In this document: in pieces, positions 13,201 through 25,579 of the stretch
Numbering within the stretch: the first letter of the stretch is position 1
Layout: every line of letters starts with the position of its first letter
Notes under the pieces: generated by a model
Seen by the model: only the letters and a program-made list of their open reading frames with translations
Told to the model about the DNA's origin: nothing
Database searches by the model: none
Translations under genes and position numbers: made by a program
NCBI GenBank assembly: GCA_000708835.1
Contig: DF236978.1
Coordinates: 124,001 to 188,000 of the forward strand
From: Klebsormidium nitens
Taxonomy: Eukaryota > Plantae > Klebsormidiophyceae
DNA: 64,000 nt
Direction: 5' to 3'

Positions 13201-14639
13201 CAACGAGCAGGAGATCTCCGTCGTGGGAGACAAGGGCAAGGTATGGTCAAAACTTCAGGAATCCAACATTGTTTCATGGGTAGTTAACTAGGGGGGATGG
13301 CGTCAGCGTGACGTTTCAAACGCGAGAGCGAGGTGCGGGTATCTCCCTCGGTAGGGAGGACGACCTCCGAAAGCATAGGAGAAGGGAACGGCCGTCTAAT
13401 TTCGCAGTCGATCATGTTTCCCTTTTCGTGAAGGAACAAGGTTGTGAGGAAGGAGGCTGTGAAGTCGTGCTTTCAGCAAAGGGGCGACTATGTCAATGGC
13501 GGCTCAGAAAGGGACTGAAAGAGGCCCTCTCCATTCTTCTGACTAGACTCCTTCTGCGACTTGAACGTTTCTATCACGCTTCTCGATTCTGAACACTTCT
13601 TTGAACACAAGAATGGACGACCCTGCTAACATTTGGACAAGTTGCTCCGTCCTGCTGCTGTTTTCGCGCTTTCCCTCTGTATCCCTCAATGGCGATCACT
13701 TTTCGCGAGACGAACAGGCAGCGATGATTTTTTGTTCTTCGGGAGCCTCGATTCTCTGCACAGCATACAAACTTGACGGTTACATGTTTTCAACGGTGTC
13801 TCGCCGCGAATGATTAGGTGCCGTCGTATTGCACATACCGTCTTTTTCCTGAAACATCAACGCGTCTGAGCATAGCCCGTGTCTCGCAGATCGAAGCTCT
13901 CGTACCGGAGAACATCGTGCGAACAGGGAGCCGGACCGGTGGGCGGGACGGTGTTGCAACGAGTCCTTGTCACGACTACCGCATCAGGTACGGAGCCACA
14001 GACGACCGCTTGAAAATGTCGTTATTCTTGTCGTTTGCAAGCAAACTCGATCGCTGATCGCTGTTCCGAAGTTTTTCTAAAACAAGCGGCTCTTCTAAGG
14101 AGAGTCAAGCGGTTTGCGTTTGAGATCTTTTCTGCTGAGGAAGAGTGGATCAAGGGTTTCCTGGGGGTCGTCGCGAAAGCGGCCCGGACTTAGCTTCAAA
14201 AGGGTGAACGAGCCCGACTTTACGAACGAACGACCGAACGCCAGCTGAACGAACCTGCCGGCCTTAAATATCGAAGAATTGACAACTTTCTACGAAGATG
14301 TCACGTCAGAGTCATCGAACCTGTCAATATCGCATCCCCAGGTTAAGAGTTAAGGCTGACATAGCCTGGCCGGAGTAGAGTACCGCTTTGCCTGCTCCGC
14401 ATGAACTCCGGTCTTTCTACTGAGTCAACACCTTGCTTGGCAGGTACGAGGGGTTGCACCACGGGTCGAGCTACTTGGAACACCTCGATTTTCTGCGCGA
14501 GATCCGGGAAGCAGGGAAAGTGCCTCCGACCGTGAGTTTGGAGGACGGGTTGCTCTCCGTTGCCATCGGCGTGGCCGCCCATCTGTCCATAGACGAACAA
14601 CGGCCCGTGTTGCTGCAAGAGGTCTTGTCAGACAATTGA
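10300..14639 (+). CDS. Gfo/Idh/MocA-family NAD(P)-dependent oxidoreductase (inositol 2-dehydrogenase-like)
   Basis: Exons 10300-10485, 11115-11344, 11856-11961, 12352-12516, 13106-13240, 13890-13987 and 14444-14639 are phase-consistent. Motifs: Rossmann [52 protein letters not shown]. Confidence 0.95.
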
Positions 14640-16263
14640 GCGAGGGCGTGCACCTCGACAAACCAGCGAAAATTGAGATTTTGCTAGTGGGTGCACGGTC
14701 GGAGAAAGCGTGCACTGCGCAGGATCATTGCTGTAGGCTGGGCCACTAGTATCAAGAATCGGAGTCGCTAACGTGGATTTGACTTCGCACAAGACATTGA
14801 CTAGTCATTGCTGGATCATAACAGCCCCAATCAATACAATGTTGGCGACTTCGATGTCCTGCAACCAGATGCTACAAGCCTGCAATTTAAAATGTCTGAA
14901 TCCCCATATAGCGACATCAAGGCAAACCTAGCTTGCCCGATTTCGTTTGTCTAAAAGGAGACCGTCACTGTGAGTGCTGCGCCTCTGTACGTGCAAGGTG
15001 TATGCATGAAGCATGGCCCGACCGTCTGGCGCAGCCAGCACGCATGTTGCTCTATAGAGTGAGCCGATTCTTAAATCAATGTGCATGGACAACATCACAG
15101 CTACCATGCAGGCACTAAGTGCTCGGCGCGTGCATGTGCTCATGCAGTACCTAAGAAGCTGCGCTGCACATGTGCATGCAACTTTCACCTTGCAGCACAG
15201 GCATGCGGGCGTATGATATACTGCCGGTGCAAGCTAGGCATACTGGCGTGTATCATTATCAAGCGGGCCGGCCGCGCGGAGAGAGCGGGCACGCCTCTGC
15301 ATCATTCTGAATTTCTAAAAATATGAAGGTAAGCTTGGCGGCGCCGAGGCGCCCTTGCGAAAGTGCATGGAAAGCTACATATGTTTACAGCTATTAAAGA
15401 ATTCAATGGCGTGAATTCTAGCTACGATTTTCCAATTATCCGACAATTCGCACATGTATGCATCGATCTAATTGCGCTCCGGTGACAGGCTCACTATAGG
15501 CATCATTCCAACTTAGCCTGCCGGCAAGTAAGTGCGAACGTATATAGCATGTACTCCACTATCAAAATTTCGGGGCGCGGGCTGGGCGGCATGCATGCAG
15601 TGCATTATGATGCATAATGCACGAGATGCTCAACTTACTTTGACAAATTTGTCTCGAAGAGCCCAGAGGCATAAGCTGAGCTAGATTCCATATGAGATCG
15701 GCCTCCGACGTAAAATCGTTTTGAGTCTCGGGAGTAATGAAGGGGCCGGCGCGTCTGGTTGATCATAGCTAGCTGTTCACGGACCACCAGGGGATCTTGG
15801 CCGGGCGGCTGATTGCGCTGAGTCGACTTGGCCCACCTTTTGCTGCCCATACAGAAGGTGCACTGCATCAACCACGCTGAGATTTTGAAGCTCTAAGCTG
15901 AAATAATCTGAGAACGATAACCTTAGCGATCCAAACGGCTCATGTCTTAATGTACAGAACTCGTACGGTATGTGTTACAGCAACGGCAAAGAGGTCATTT
16001 GACCCACATCCTCGACCAGCGTGTCAATACCTACACTCGCGTCATCTGGTTATTTGAATTCGAGCAATTCTGGCTCTCTGCCTCAGTATACTTGGCTGCG
16101 TATGAAGTGCGCAACTACAGGGCTTACTCTACGTGTACAGCCTCGTATGTGCTTGATCTCTTCCAGGCTACGGTACACTGACAATCGATCCTATTGCCCA
16201 GGCTTGCCGGTTTTATCGACGTCGTTATGGGATCCCTGGCCCAAATTCGCCGCTCCTGCACCC

Positions 16264-19081
16264 TCAGCTTCCTAGCAGCTGAGAAGCCGGGCCGACCAAT
16301 CCATCCACGTGCGGCACAGCCTCGAGCCCCTGCTTGAACCAGCTGAACTCCTCCGTCTCCATGTAGTAGCAGAACACGAACCCCAGAACGAACCACTTGA
16401 CACTTGTGACATACTCCGCGATCCTCTGCGTCGTTGTGTCGTTCCCCTTCCCAACCAGGGCCGGCAGAATCATGATGATGAACAGACCCAGGATTGCCGC
16501 CGTGGACGCGCCCAAAACCACGAGCGTCCACCCGATCAGCCCGCACTGCACCACCGTCGAGACGGCGCCTGCCCCGCCGTCCTCGTTCTCTGCCCCTTCC
16601 TCGTCCCCGTTCGTCGCCGACACGTTGCTCTCGCGTCGGGGACCCGGCCCCAGGCTGTCCCGTCGAGTCCCCGTGCCGAGGCTTTCGCGCCGCGAACTGC
16701 CGCCGAGGCTCTCTCGCCGAGGGACCCCGCCGAGACTCTCCCGCCCGTTTGAAAGCTCAGACGCCTTGGGTAAGAACCCGCCTTCTTCCGAATCTTTCCT
16801 TGGCCGCTTGTTCCGCTGGTTCATGCTCGGCAAGTCGTCAGCATTGTGAGGGCTGGCTTCCGAGTGCCCGTTCTCGAGCTCCGCATTCAGGAAGAGTCGG
16901 TGGGCGTCCAGGTCGGAAGCGGGGACGGAGGGGGGACGGTCGGGGCTGAGAGGGGGGTGGCGATCGGTGTTGACCTGCGAGGAACGTCAATGAGTGTAAG
17001 TGCTGTGATGTCAATGCTTTCAAGGCAAATAGCGGCTCGAAACTGCTTGCATCGGCTCATGAGCATGCTTGACTGCTCAATTACTACAACAAGAAAATTC
17101 AACGATTAGCCTTCACGAAGTTGGTGACGGGGCGAAATGTAAATCGATGTAGCCAAAGCTGGGCCTCTCAAAAATCTGCCGGGTAATGTCTACGCCCAAC
17201 TGCTGAAGATAGCAGGAAGCTCCAGTTCCTAAAAGGGCGAAGAGAGAGATCTTCGTCAACCAGTTATGGCTGAAAACAGGACTCACATTGTCCATGACCA
17301 GACCTTCGGATGACGGAGTATGCTCCAGAGCCTCAGGCCTCACTGCCTCCTTCGGCTGCTCTCCGGCCAACTCCCAAGCACGCCGACGCTCAATGTCCAT
17401 TTTCCGTAGCATCAATTGCGCCTGATGGAATCTGCAAGGATCATATTTGAAGAATCATCCAAGTGCCTGCGTAAGAAGTTGAATGAGAGACCGCCACTGA
17501 AGAAAGGCAAGAAGAACCACGAGCAGACTAGAATGAAAGAGAATCAGATCTAAGAGATGACGACATACCGCTGCAACAGTGTCATCGCGTTGATTGATCT
17601 TAGGCGGCTGCAAAAATACCCGGTTTTTATGCAAAGTCCTGAGATCGAATTCCTCGATTGAACCTATAGACATGGAGAAACAGGCCTAGAACACTGTCTG
17701 GCTCTTGCTAAAAACAAATGACTATCTTTCGCTGGTGCGATATCAAGCCTCTCGAGAAGAAGTAGTCACACCAAGAAGGTGCAATTGGCAATGTCGCTAC
17801 AGTACGTAATAATAATATTAAAGAGCAATATAAGCACAGATAAAAGCAGAATGAGGACTGGATGAGAAAGTGCAACGATCTCAAACAAGCCATAAGATGG
17901 GGACGCATCATGAAAGAATCAGAAGGAGAAGAAACGACTGTCTCAACCGGATAGAAAAGCATTGATCAATTTTTAGGTGGCTCATATTTTGCATGGCTGT
18001 GAGCAGGGAAAAGCAGCACCTTCGTCTTGCATAGAGCGACTTAGATTCTTGCAGCTGCAGCAACATGCACTTACTTGTTCTTGAGCCTCTTCTTCTCCTC
18101 CACGCAAGTCTCCAGCGCGTCTCGAGCATGCGTGCGCTCTTCCACAGCTACCTCGTATTTGATGGTGAGGTCTTTTGCGATGGCAGTAGCTTGCAAGAAT
18201 TGATGTTGGACGAGCAGCAGCTGACTGCGCGTCTGCATATACCAATGCACCTCTTGATGAGTATTGGCAGCGGCAAGCATGCAACTGACCTACTACAGGG
18301 TTCTGGTGTTTTGTCAAACCTGGAGAAGCTGTAGTAGAAGCAGCTCGCCGATCGAGAGAAGTGCCTACAATATGCTCCACAACTGAAAAAAAACAGGTCG
18401 ATCTGCAATATATCTGTTCTCACTGATCAATTGTGTAGTGCTGCATGCGTCTTGTGTGATGCTGACCGCTCTTCTTGTAACATTTCTGCCTCCTTCAAAG
18501 GGATTGCGCACTCGAACCTTGAAATGAGCTGCCAGAATGCTGCCAAACAATAGTAGCATCAAAGTTTTAGATGTGACTACATAAGGCTGATGAGGAGGCT
18601 TCTTATGAGATTCTAATGGATTAGGACCAGCTTGAGTTCCTCCAATCTGACATACAAATGAAAGCCACTCTAGCTTGGCTAGAGAAAGGTGGTGCATTCT
18701 GAGGGTGACATTAGGACCAGCGAAAAGTCCCTACTTCTAAGCAACTATAGTTGACATGTCCCTTTCAAATTGCATATTGCAGCTGGAACGATGGAACACA
18801 TGCGAGATGCTGTGGTCCTTGAATATGCATAAAGTTCACATAGACCATAAAGAACTTACCTCTTTCTCCCTCCTTGCAGCAGCGACTACTTGGAATGGCC
18901 AGAAGATCGTGTCAAGGACGCCATAGACTATGACTTTCGTTAGATATGACCACCATACGAAGATCGATTTGACTGCTACCCGTAACGGCCAAGAGATCAC
19001 AATGAATGGCCAAGTGATCCACTCAAAAGTCCCAACCACCAGGTCCACGACTGCCGCAAACATCTCATAAAACGAGACCAT
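16264..19081 (-). CDS. Unrecognised ~443-aa protein: N-terminal hydrophobic segment, coiled coil, RRES-repeat linker, two C-terminal TM helices
   Basis: Minus-strand exons 18860-19081, 18075-18289, 17569-17607, 17287-17431 and 16264-16974 join with phases 0/2/2/0 and no stop: MVSFYEMF...EEKKRLKNNRLRSINAMTLLQRFHQAQLMLRKMDIERRRAWE...VNTDRHPP...QLLGS*. An alternative split into two genes cannot be excluded. Confidence 0.7.
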
Positions 19082-19926
19082 CCTGCCTGAGTTATGCCCT
19101 CTTTTGACTGCTATTCTTACAATTTAAAGTAACACTCCCAGCTTGAGCGTCCGGGCAGATGCTTGTCCTCGCCATGCCCCCTTGCAGCTTCGTCGGTGGC
19201 TAGGCGACACAGCTTCTATGACTGAGGCGCACCACCCTTCGCTGCGTCCGGAATTGTTCTCCTCATGCATGCACAGCACCATTGCGCCAACATTTCTTTG
19301 CCACCTTTCCGAAGTTCCCTGCACGCTTTTCTGAGACTGCAGCCTGTGCAGGCTCCAGCACTGCACTTTCGCCCCGTAAACCTGCACTTGACCCTTGTCC
19401 TACATAGACAAACCTTATGCCACATCGAACCGAGAAACGTTGTTTGCAGGCTATGGACTTTCGACGGCGATACTGACCATGGAGGATCAATCATGGCTCA
19501 GCAGGCTGGGCACATGCTGGGCAGAAGTTTGGTCAGCATGTGTTCAAGAGCGCCGGCGGCCATTGAGCCATTGCTGGAGTTCCAGTGAAGGAATGCGGGA
19601 CGCACATTGGCAGCGCCATTGGCAGCTAGGAAGCTCGTTGAACACTCTTAGGCCTTACTGTAGCCAACTCTCTATATTGCTGAGAGGTAGAAAGAACTTC
19701 TCAAGAGTTCTTCGGAAGAGGCCATCGTGCAGTACATTCAGAGGCACCATCTGGCACACTGAAGCAGGATCACCTGAAGTGCGTCTACTGGTGGCGGCTA
19801 AATTTTGGACGTCAAGATGCAGCATTGTGCATTCAGAGACTAAAGAGATGCCTCACACAAGTGAAGAGTGTACCGGACAGCATTGCAATGGCTTTCATCC
19901 CAGCTCCTTACAGTGCTTCGATGCAG

Positions 19927-22900
19927 CTGGGGACCAGGAAGTGGAAAGCGAAGAAACTGATCTACCGCTTGTAAGTAAAGAGATCTTTTCAAGTGCTTGC
20001 AAAGCTTTCCCTTTTCCATGTTGCCATCTTGTACTATCTGCAAGCCTTCTGCTTTTGAAATTACATCTGCCGCCCTTAAGAGCACGTTTTACTTCTAAAT
20101 TGGCCTCGAAAACTCCGTACAGACGGCTCTCTGATCTTGTAACAAATACGTGGGACTTCTCTTTCAATTGCAGGTCAGTTTAATTATGCCAATCCTCAAT
20201 GTAGAACATTTTCTTGACGCCATGTTGGCTTCACTTCTACTCCAGGTGAGCCTTACGCAATCGGTTCACAAGTTTGCCCCGTTCTTTTGTTTCATCAGCT
20301 AGGAGTCAGCTTTATTAAATAGGAAGGAAAAACAGTTTGGAGTGTTGTTGTATAAGGCACAGATAGGACGCTCTGATCAATGCGGACCATCATCAATCAA
20401 CTGGACTTCAGATTTTCAGCTGTGTTTGGAGCTCGCTTATCAAATTCAAGCTGGTTCCAGGAAACCGAGGAAAACCAGGCTTGATGTTATGACAGTCTTT
20501 CTATGCTTTTTGTAGACCTATCAAGGTCCGATGGAGCTATCAATATATGATGACAGCAGCACGGACGGTAGCCTCAAAGTCCTTGAAAGGAACCGCCCGA
20601 CACTGGAAAAAAGGATGATTGTACTTCTGGTAAGTCTACTTACATTTAGCCTTGACATTGTGGGCTTGAGAAAGTATAGTCATGGCTTTTCAACTGCTTC
20701 ATCGGGCAAAGGCAATCCAGAGTGGAGAGATGGTAATCGAATTCCACAGCCCTTGAGTTCGTGAAACTGTTAACTTACAACACCTATGAGTTTTACTTAC
20801 TACTTTAAACCGCATCTAGTTCGACCTTAACGGTGGCTACCTTGGATGTCCATCTACAGATAGAATTGACTTTTCGATGACTTCGTTTCAGAAGGATCCC
20901 TTGCTCACAAATTCTCTGGCCAAGATGAAGTTCCCCATGGTTATGCAGGTCTCAAAAGGAGAGGAAGGCAGGCCACCTCAGGGCTGTGGGTTTGGACGAA
21001 ATGTTGCGGTGTGTACATCGCGTTCCCTCATCCTTCCAATAGTGTCTCCATTCTTAAAACCGAGGAGCGGAACATGTTTCTTTCTACAGAGCGCCTACAT
21101 GTTCTTGTGCGGCTCTTAATCCGTCAGGCCTCTTCAAGATGTGCCTGCTGATAACAAATGATCTATCTTTAGCCTTTTGCCTCGTGAGTTTATTTACTTG
21201 GGTTCAACTGGATCAATCCTTGAGGATTTGTAATGGCAGGGGAAAGGGCTTACCGATGTTGTGCCCTCCATGCTGCAGGTTAGACAGTGCCATGGGGAGT
21301 ACCTCTGCTTTGCGGATGCCGTAAGTAAGTCACCATTTCTGGCGAAAACTGGTTTGTGAGCTTCCTTGGCTACTTCGAGCTGGCTGGCCTCTTGTTTCGA
21401 ATCTCTAAATCTGGTCTCTGCACCCTATCCAGTTCCTCACCGTGTCCAGTTCGTCAGCGATCTAGTGCTCGAATAGGCAATTTCAAAGCGTTTTCACAAT
21501 GGGCTGATTTGACACCTGACTGCTACTTTGCAGGATGACATCATGCACCCTGAGCGGATAGAGTTGCAGCTGCGGTTGGCCAGGCAGAGCAGCAAACTAC
21601 TCGTGAGTCAGATTACTTGCTTTAACAGCAAACTTCCGAAAGTGGGACGTTCCTCAAACCCACCTAGACGGAGGTTAACTTCAGACCAACAGTTTTCGAA
21701 GCTTGCAGGCAGTTTCGGAACAACGGGATTCCAAGCTTCCACGTCATCCGGTGCTGCAAATACACGAATCAGACCACTTTGGATGCTACAGAGTACTCGA
21801 CATTGCGAACCACCGCCGTAAAGTATGTCCTCGGAAGGGCCCAGGCCGTTTCTCCCACAGGATCTTACTTTTGGAACCGTAATCTTTCAAAACTTCAGCC
21901 TTGCAAACACCAGCCTCAACCGTTTCGTCTTATTGGCAGGTGGGGAGCGACTTCGTGCGAGAGCCGGCGGACGCCACCCCTCGGTACACCGAATGGCTCA
22001 ACTCGCTCTCCCAGGCCCAGCTGTACACACAGCAGCTCGTCGAGTGCACCATCATCCATGTAAGTTCGGAAACGCGAGAACGTTACTAGGTTCTTTCCGC
22101 AGTTCGAAATCCACAAACACCAACTAAAACCACTTTGGATGCTGAAAGAAGAATATAGCACTTGCAAGTTCATCAATAAGGGCGACGAAAACTGCCTTTG
22201 TGCCTCTCTCCTTTAAGTGGTGCTTGCTGTGAAACGAATCGAACAGCGCAGAACTATCGCGTTTCTACCTTTGAAGGCGGATGCCGACGAGCTCTTACAC
22301 CATTAGATGGCACGCTGAAGGTGATCTACGTGGCTCTCTTTGTGCGTTGAAAACTCTGTTGCACAGGAGAGCCAGCTGAATCCAGGACTCTAAATCAGCT
22401 GAGACATTTGTAAAGCCAAATCCTTTTGTGAGGATGTAAGTATTCCATCATATGATGCACTCTCTTTTCTCTTGAGTTATGCACAAGTTGAAAGTAGCCC
22501 ATCTGCCGTTCCCTTGAAGCAGTACGGCAGAATCTCTAAGAATGATTGCCTCCCAAGACTCGCGCTTAAGCAGCGTTTGCTTCTTTCTGATGTCCAGCCG
22601 ACCTGGTTCTGCTCCCGGGCCGTGTACGACGCTGTGGGGGGGTACGTGGAAGAGGGCCCCGGCACCCCCGACGACCTCATCTTTTTCTACAAGCACCTCC
22701 GACTCGGTGGCTATCTCGCCAAGGTGAGGAGATACAGACGAGAAGCCACGGCAATCTTACGAGACAGGGAACGGTACACGGATGCTATGCGCTGAAGTCG
22801 AATAGTCGATAGCAACTTCTGGAAGCTTGCGAGACTCTCCACAAGGCGTCCGAATGCTGTCCCGCAGACGCGCTGGTTTCCTTTCTCGCGCTCTTTCTGA

Positions 22901-24314
22901 ACCCGCTTCTTAGCGCCAGCGTGGCGTTGCTCAAGATGATAGCTGGTCTCGCAGCAATTCTGTTGTTGAACCTCCGTCTCGGTTCCGGGCCGCCTTTTCT
23001 TCTCTCGTGGGTATTCATCCTTGGAACACACCGACCTTAGAGCTCGTCAGAAGGGGTCTGCTGGGGAGCAACCGAAGGGACCCAACCTGCGACATGCGCA
23101 GAAGAAGTCAAAGCTATCTGATCCAATACGAACGTCCAATCACCGTTCTTGCTGCGAGTGTGCTCAGAGTGTTTGTTTCGCGTGCAGGTTGAGAAGCCGT
23201 TGGTGACTTACACTTACCACGGGGCGTCAGTCACGGGCCAGCGGGGTGTCGACTGGCAGAAGATCTGGGCGGTGCGAGTGGCGCATTTAGAGACGCAGCT
23301 CCTTCCACACGAGTAAGCTTGCGTACAACTCTCTACTTGATGCGGATGCATAACTCGTGATAACGGTTGGTGGGGGCCATCCCAGGGTTGCGGATTCGCT
23401 GGCATGCCCAGGCAGGGTTTGATACGGGAAAATCTTCAAGCTGGTTCGACGTGCGCTACTCGTACTTGTCGAACAGGTGCCCAGATGACCTACGCTGAAA
23501 AGCTCCTTCAATTTGGCACAAGACTTCACCTTCAGAAGCTTTTGATGTTCACAATGAAAAATGTCTGTCCCTCTCACGAGCGAGGCTCACGTCCAATTTG
23601 GCGCCATTCCTCTTGTCCGATTCGTAGAGCGGAGAGCTTGCAAGATCAACGTGCTCCTTGTTCGGACGTCTTGTTACGAAAAATGGTTGATCCAGCCCTT
23701 GTTGAGAGGCTACGGGGCCGTGCCTTATCGTAACCTGATGAACCCCATCTGTATTTCTGCAGACCCTGGGGAAACGGCTTTACAATCTGGAATGCTGGAA
23801 AAGAAGGGAAGCGGCTCTACCGATCTCTGAACGCGGCTAACCAGTCGAAGGTAAGGTCTCTGTCGAGCTGTTTGACTCCGGGCAAGACAGACCGTAGAAC
23901 GAAGGAGCACTTGCATGGAAACACAATGCTATGTGCATCATTGAATGGTTGGAAAACCATACCGAATTGCAAGATACTACTGTGGTGCTAAAGAAGTAGG
24001 ACAAGTGTTACATCTGCCCACTGTGCTGGAGACGGGAGGGTGACAAATCGGGGCACCTTTTCGGGGCGCAGCGTCTAATCGAGATGATTGGTCCGATGCA
24101 GGTCCTCGCATTCTGTGACGTGGATGGCAAAAAGCTGAAGCGAGGCTCTTTCCACGTGCCAGAGACGAATGTTAGAGTGCCAATCCTTCATTGGTCGGTG
24201 GCGCAAACTCCCTTACTGCTGTGCGTCAAAAGAGGTCTTACAGGCGGCGCATTTGAGCGGAACTTGGACTCTTTACATCTGCAAGAGGGCCTTGACTATG
24301 TGTTCTTCAGTTGA
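19927..24314 (+). CDS. B3GNTL1: B3GNTL1-like GT2 glycosyltransferase (queuosine-tRNA galactosyltransferase QTGAL family); start codon not resolved
   Basis: Exons ~19927-19970, 20174-20245, 20516-20629, 20949-21008, 21279-21320, 21534-21602, 21940-22059, 22598-22723, 23188-23312, 23763-23850 and 24102-24314. Motifs: [85 protein letters not shown], matching my recollection of human B3GNTL1. Confidence 0.9.
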
Positions 24315-25579
24315 CTAAAACGTTTCAAGGACAATATGATAGCTGAAAAGCTCTTACTTTGGACTTTCTTCAAGCGACCTAAGGCAACACGATATATGCG
24401 CATGCGTGAGAATGCCGAAGCCCGATTTAGAGTGCGGGTTGCTCGTGGTTGGATAGTCAGCCTGGAGGCAGTCTGTCGCAAGCTTTCAAGCAAGCTTTGT
24501 GTTCCCCAATCTTTATACCTTTGCAAAGAAATCAAACCGCTGTTGCTCGGAAAAAGCGCTAGGTTGGTAGGACCAAGGTGTTTTACTGCCAATCCAAGTT
24601 CGTCATCACGAGCAAGCTCCAAACACTCATGATGCCATGCAACGCAGTCGAAGAAAATAGACGAATTGGCAATTACGCAATTACGTCTTATTGTATAGAT
24701 GCAAATTGTACATCGCAATGAGAGGTACAGTCTGCAGGAGACCGCATGCATTAGTACTCTCATCTCGAGCATGAACTGAAAGCTCAGACCTCGTTCTGCC
24801 CATGTTATACCTTTCGGCTAGGGCCGCCACATAGCCAAATATCCTTCTCCTAGTATAGGCTATAGACTATGTTCGGCCGGCACTAGGAAAGCGAGCTGTC
24901 CAAGATTCGGTCCCTCAATTGCGATCAATCGTTAGTAATTGGATGTTTCATGCGCGGATCGCTCTTCTTCAATTGAGCCGACTTGGCATGCACGATCTGC
25001 AAGTCACCTGGCAGCATGCCCGGCCTTCAACGCATGACTTGCAATATAACGTCATATATATATACCTCATGGTAATGATATGGTGACCATCTGGTAACTA
25101 AATGTTCACATGATTGGATCGAGCGCTATGTCATTAGCTGCAAATTGAAAAGCCAATCAATTAACACTCTCATTCCCATGCTATGCAAGGATTGAATCCG
25201 AAGCATATACGAGCTAGCGCTCAGTGGGCAAGGACCCGGCCCGGCCCACCGATTAATATGCCATCCGATGCATCCATGATCAGACAGGAATCTTGAGGCT
25301 TGATGCACCAAATCTACGTGGCGCTGTTGAAACTTGAAGAACATGCACCACTCTGAGAAGAGGCCGGATCTGTGAACAGTCGACCTTTCATAGGCGAGAG
25401 CTTTTAGAGACTTTGAGGGGCTCTCAGAGCTTTCGGCTTAACTTTGAGTCAATTGATCTAGGTTATATGGTACATTGTTTATAGTAGTCCTTCCTGACTT
25501 GTTGTATGTAAGATGGTCCTCGAAATATCTCATTTGAACCCGAGCGACATTTTTGCATGTTGCTTCGACCCATGCTATC

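Noticed and set aside
16309-16949. Several 147-151-aa plus-strand ORFs
   Set aside because: Antisense shadows of the GC-rich minus-strand exon 16264-16974.
17963-17996. Alternative short terminal exon (NHAKYEPPKN*) for the 18-19 kb exons
   Set aside because: The in-phase join to 17569-17607 gives a continuous coiled coil and one longer gene. It is not fully excluded.
19395-20183. 262-aa ORF as an independent gene
   Set aside because: It lies in the divergent promoter and first exon(s) of the B3GNTL1-like gene. Only its 3' part fits that protein.
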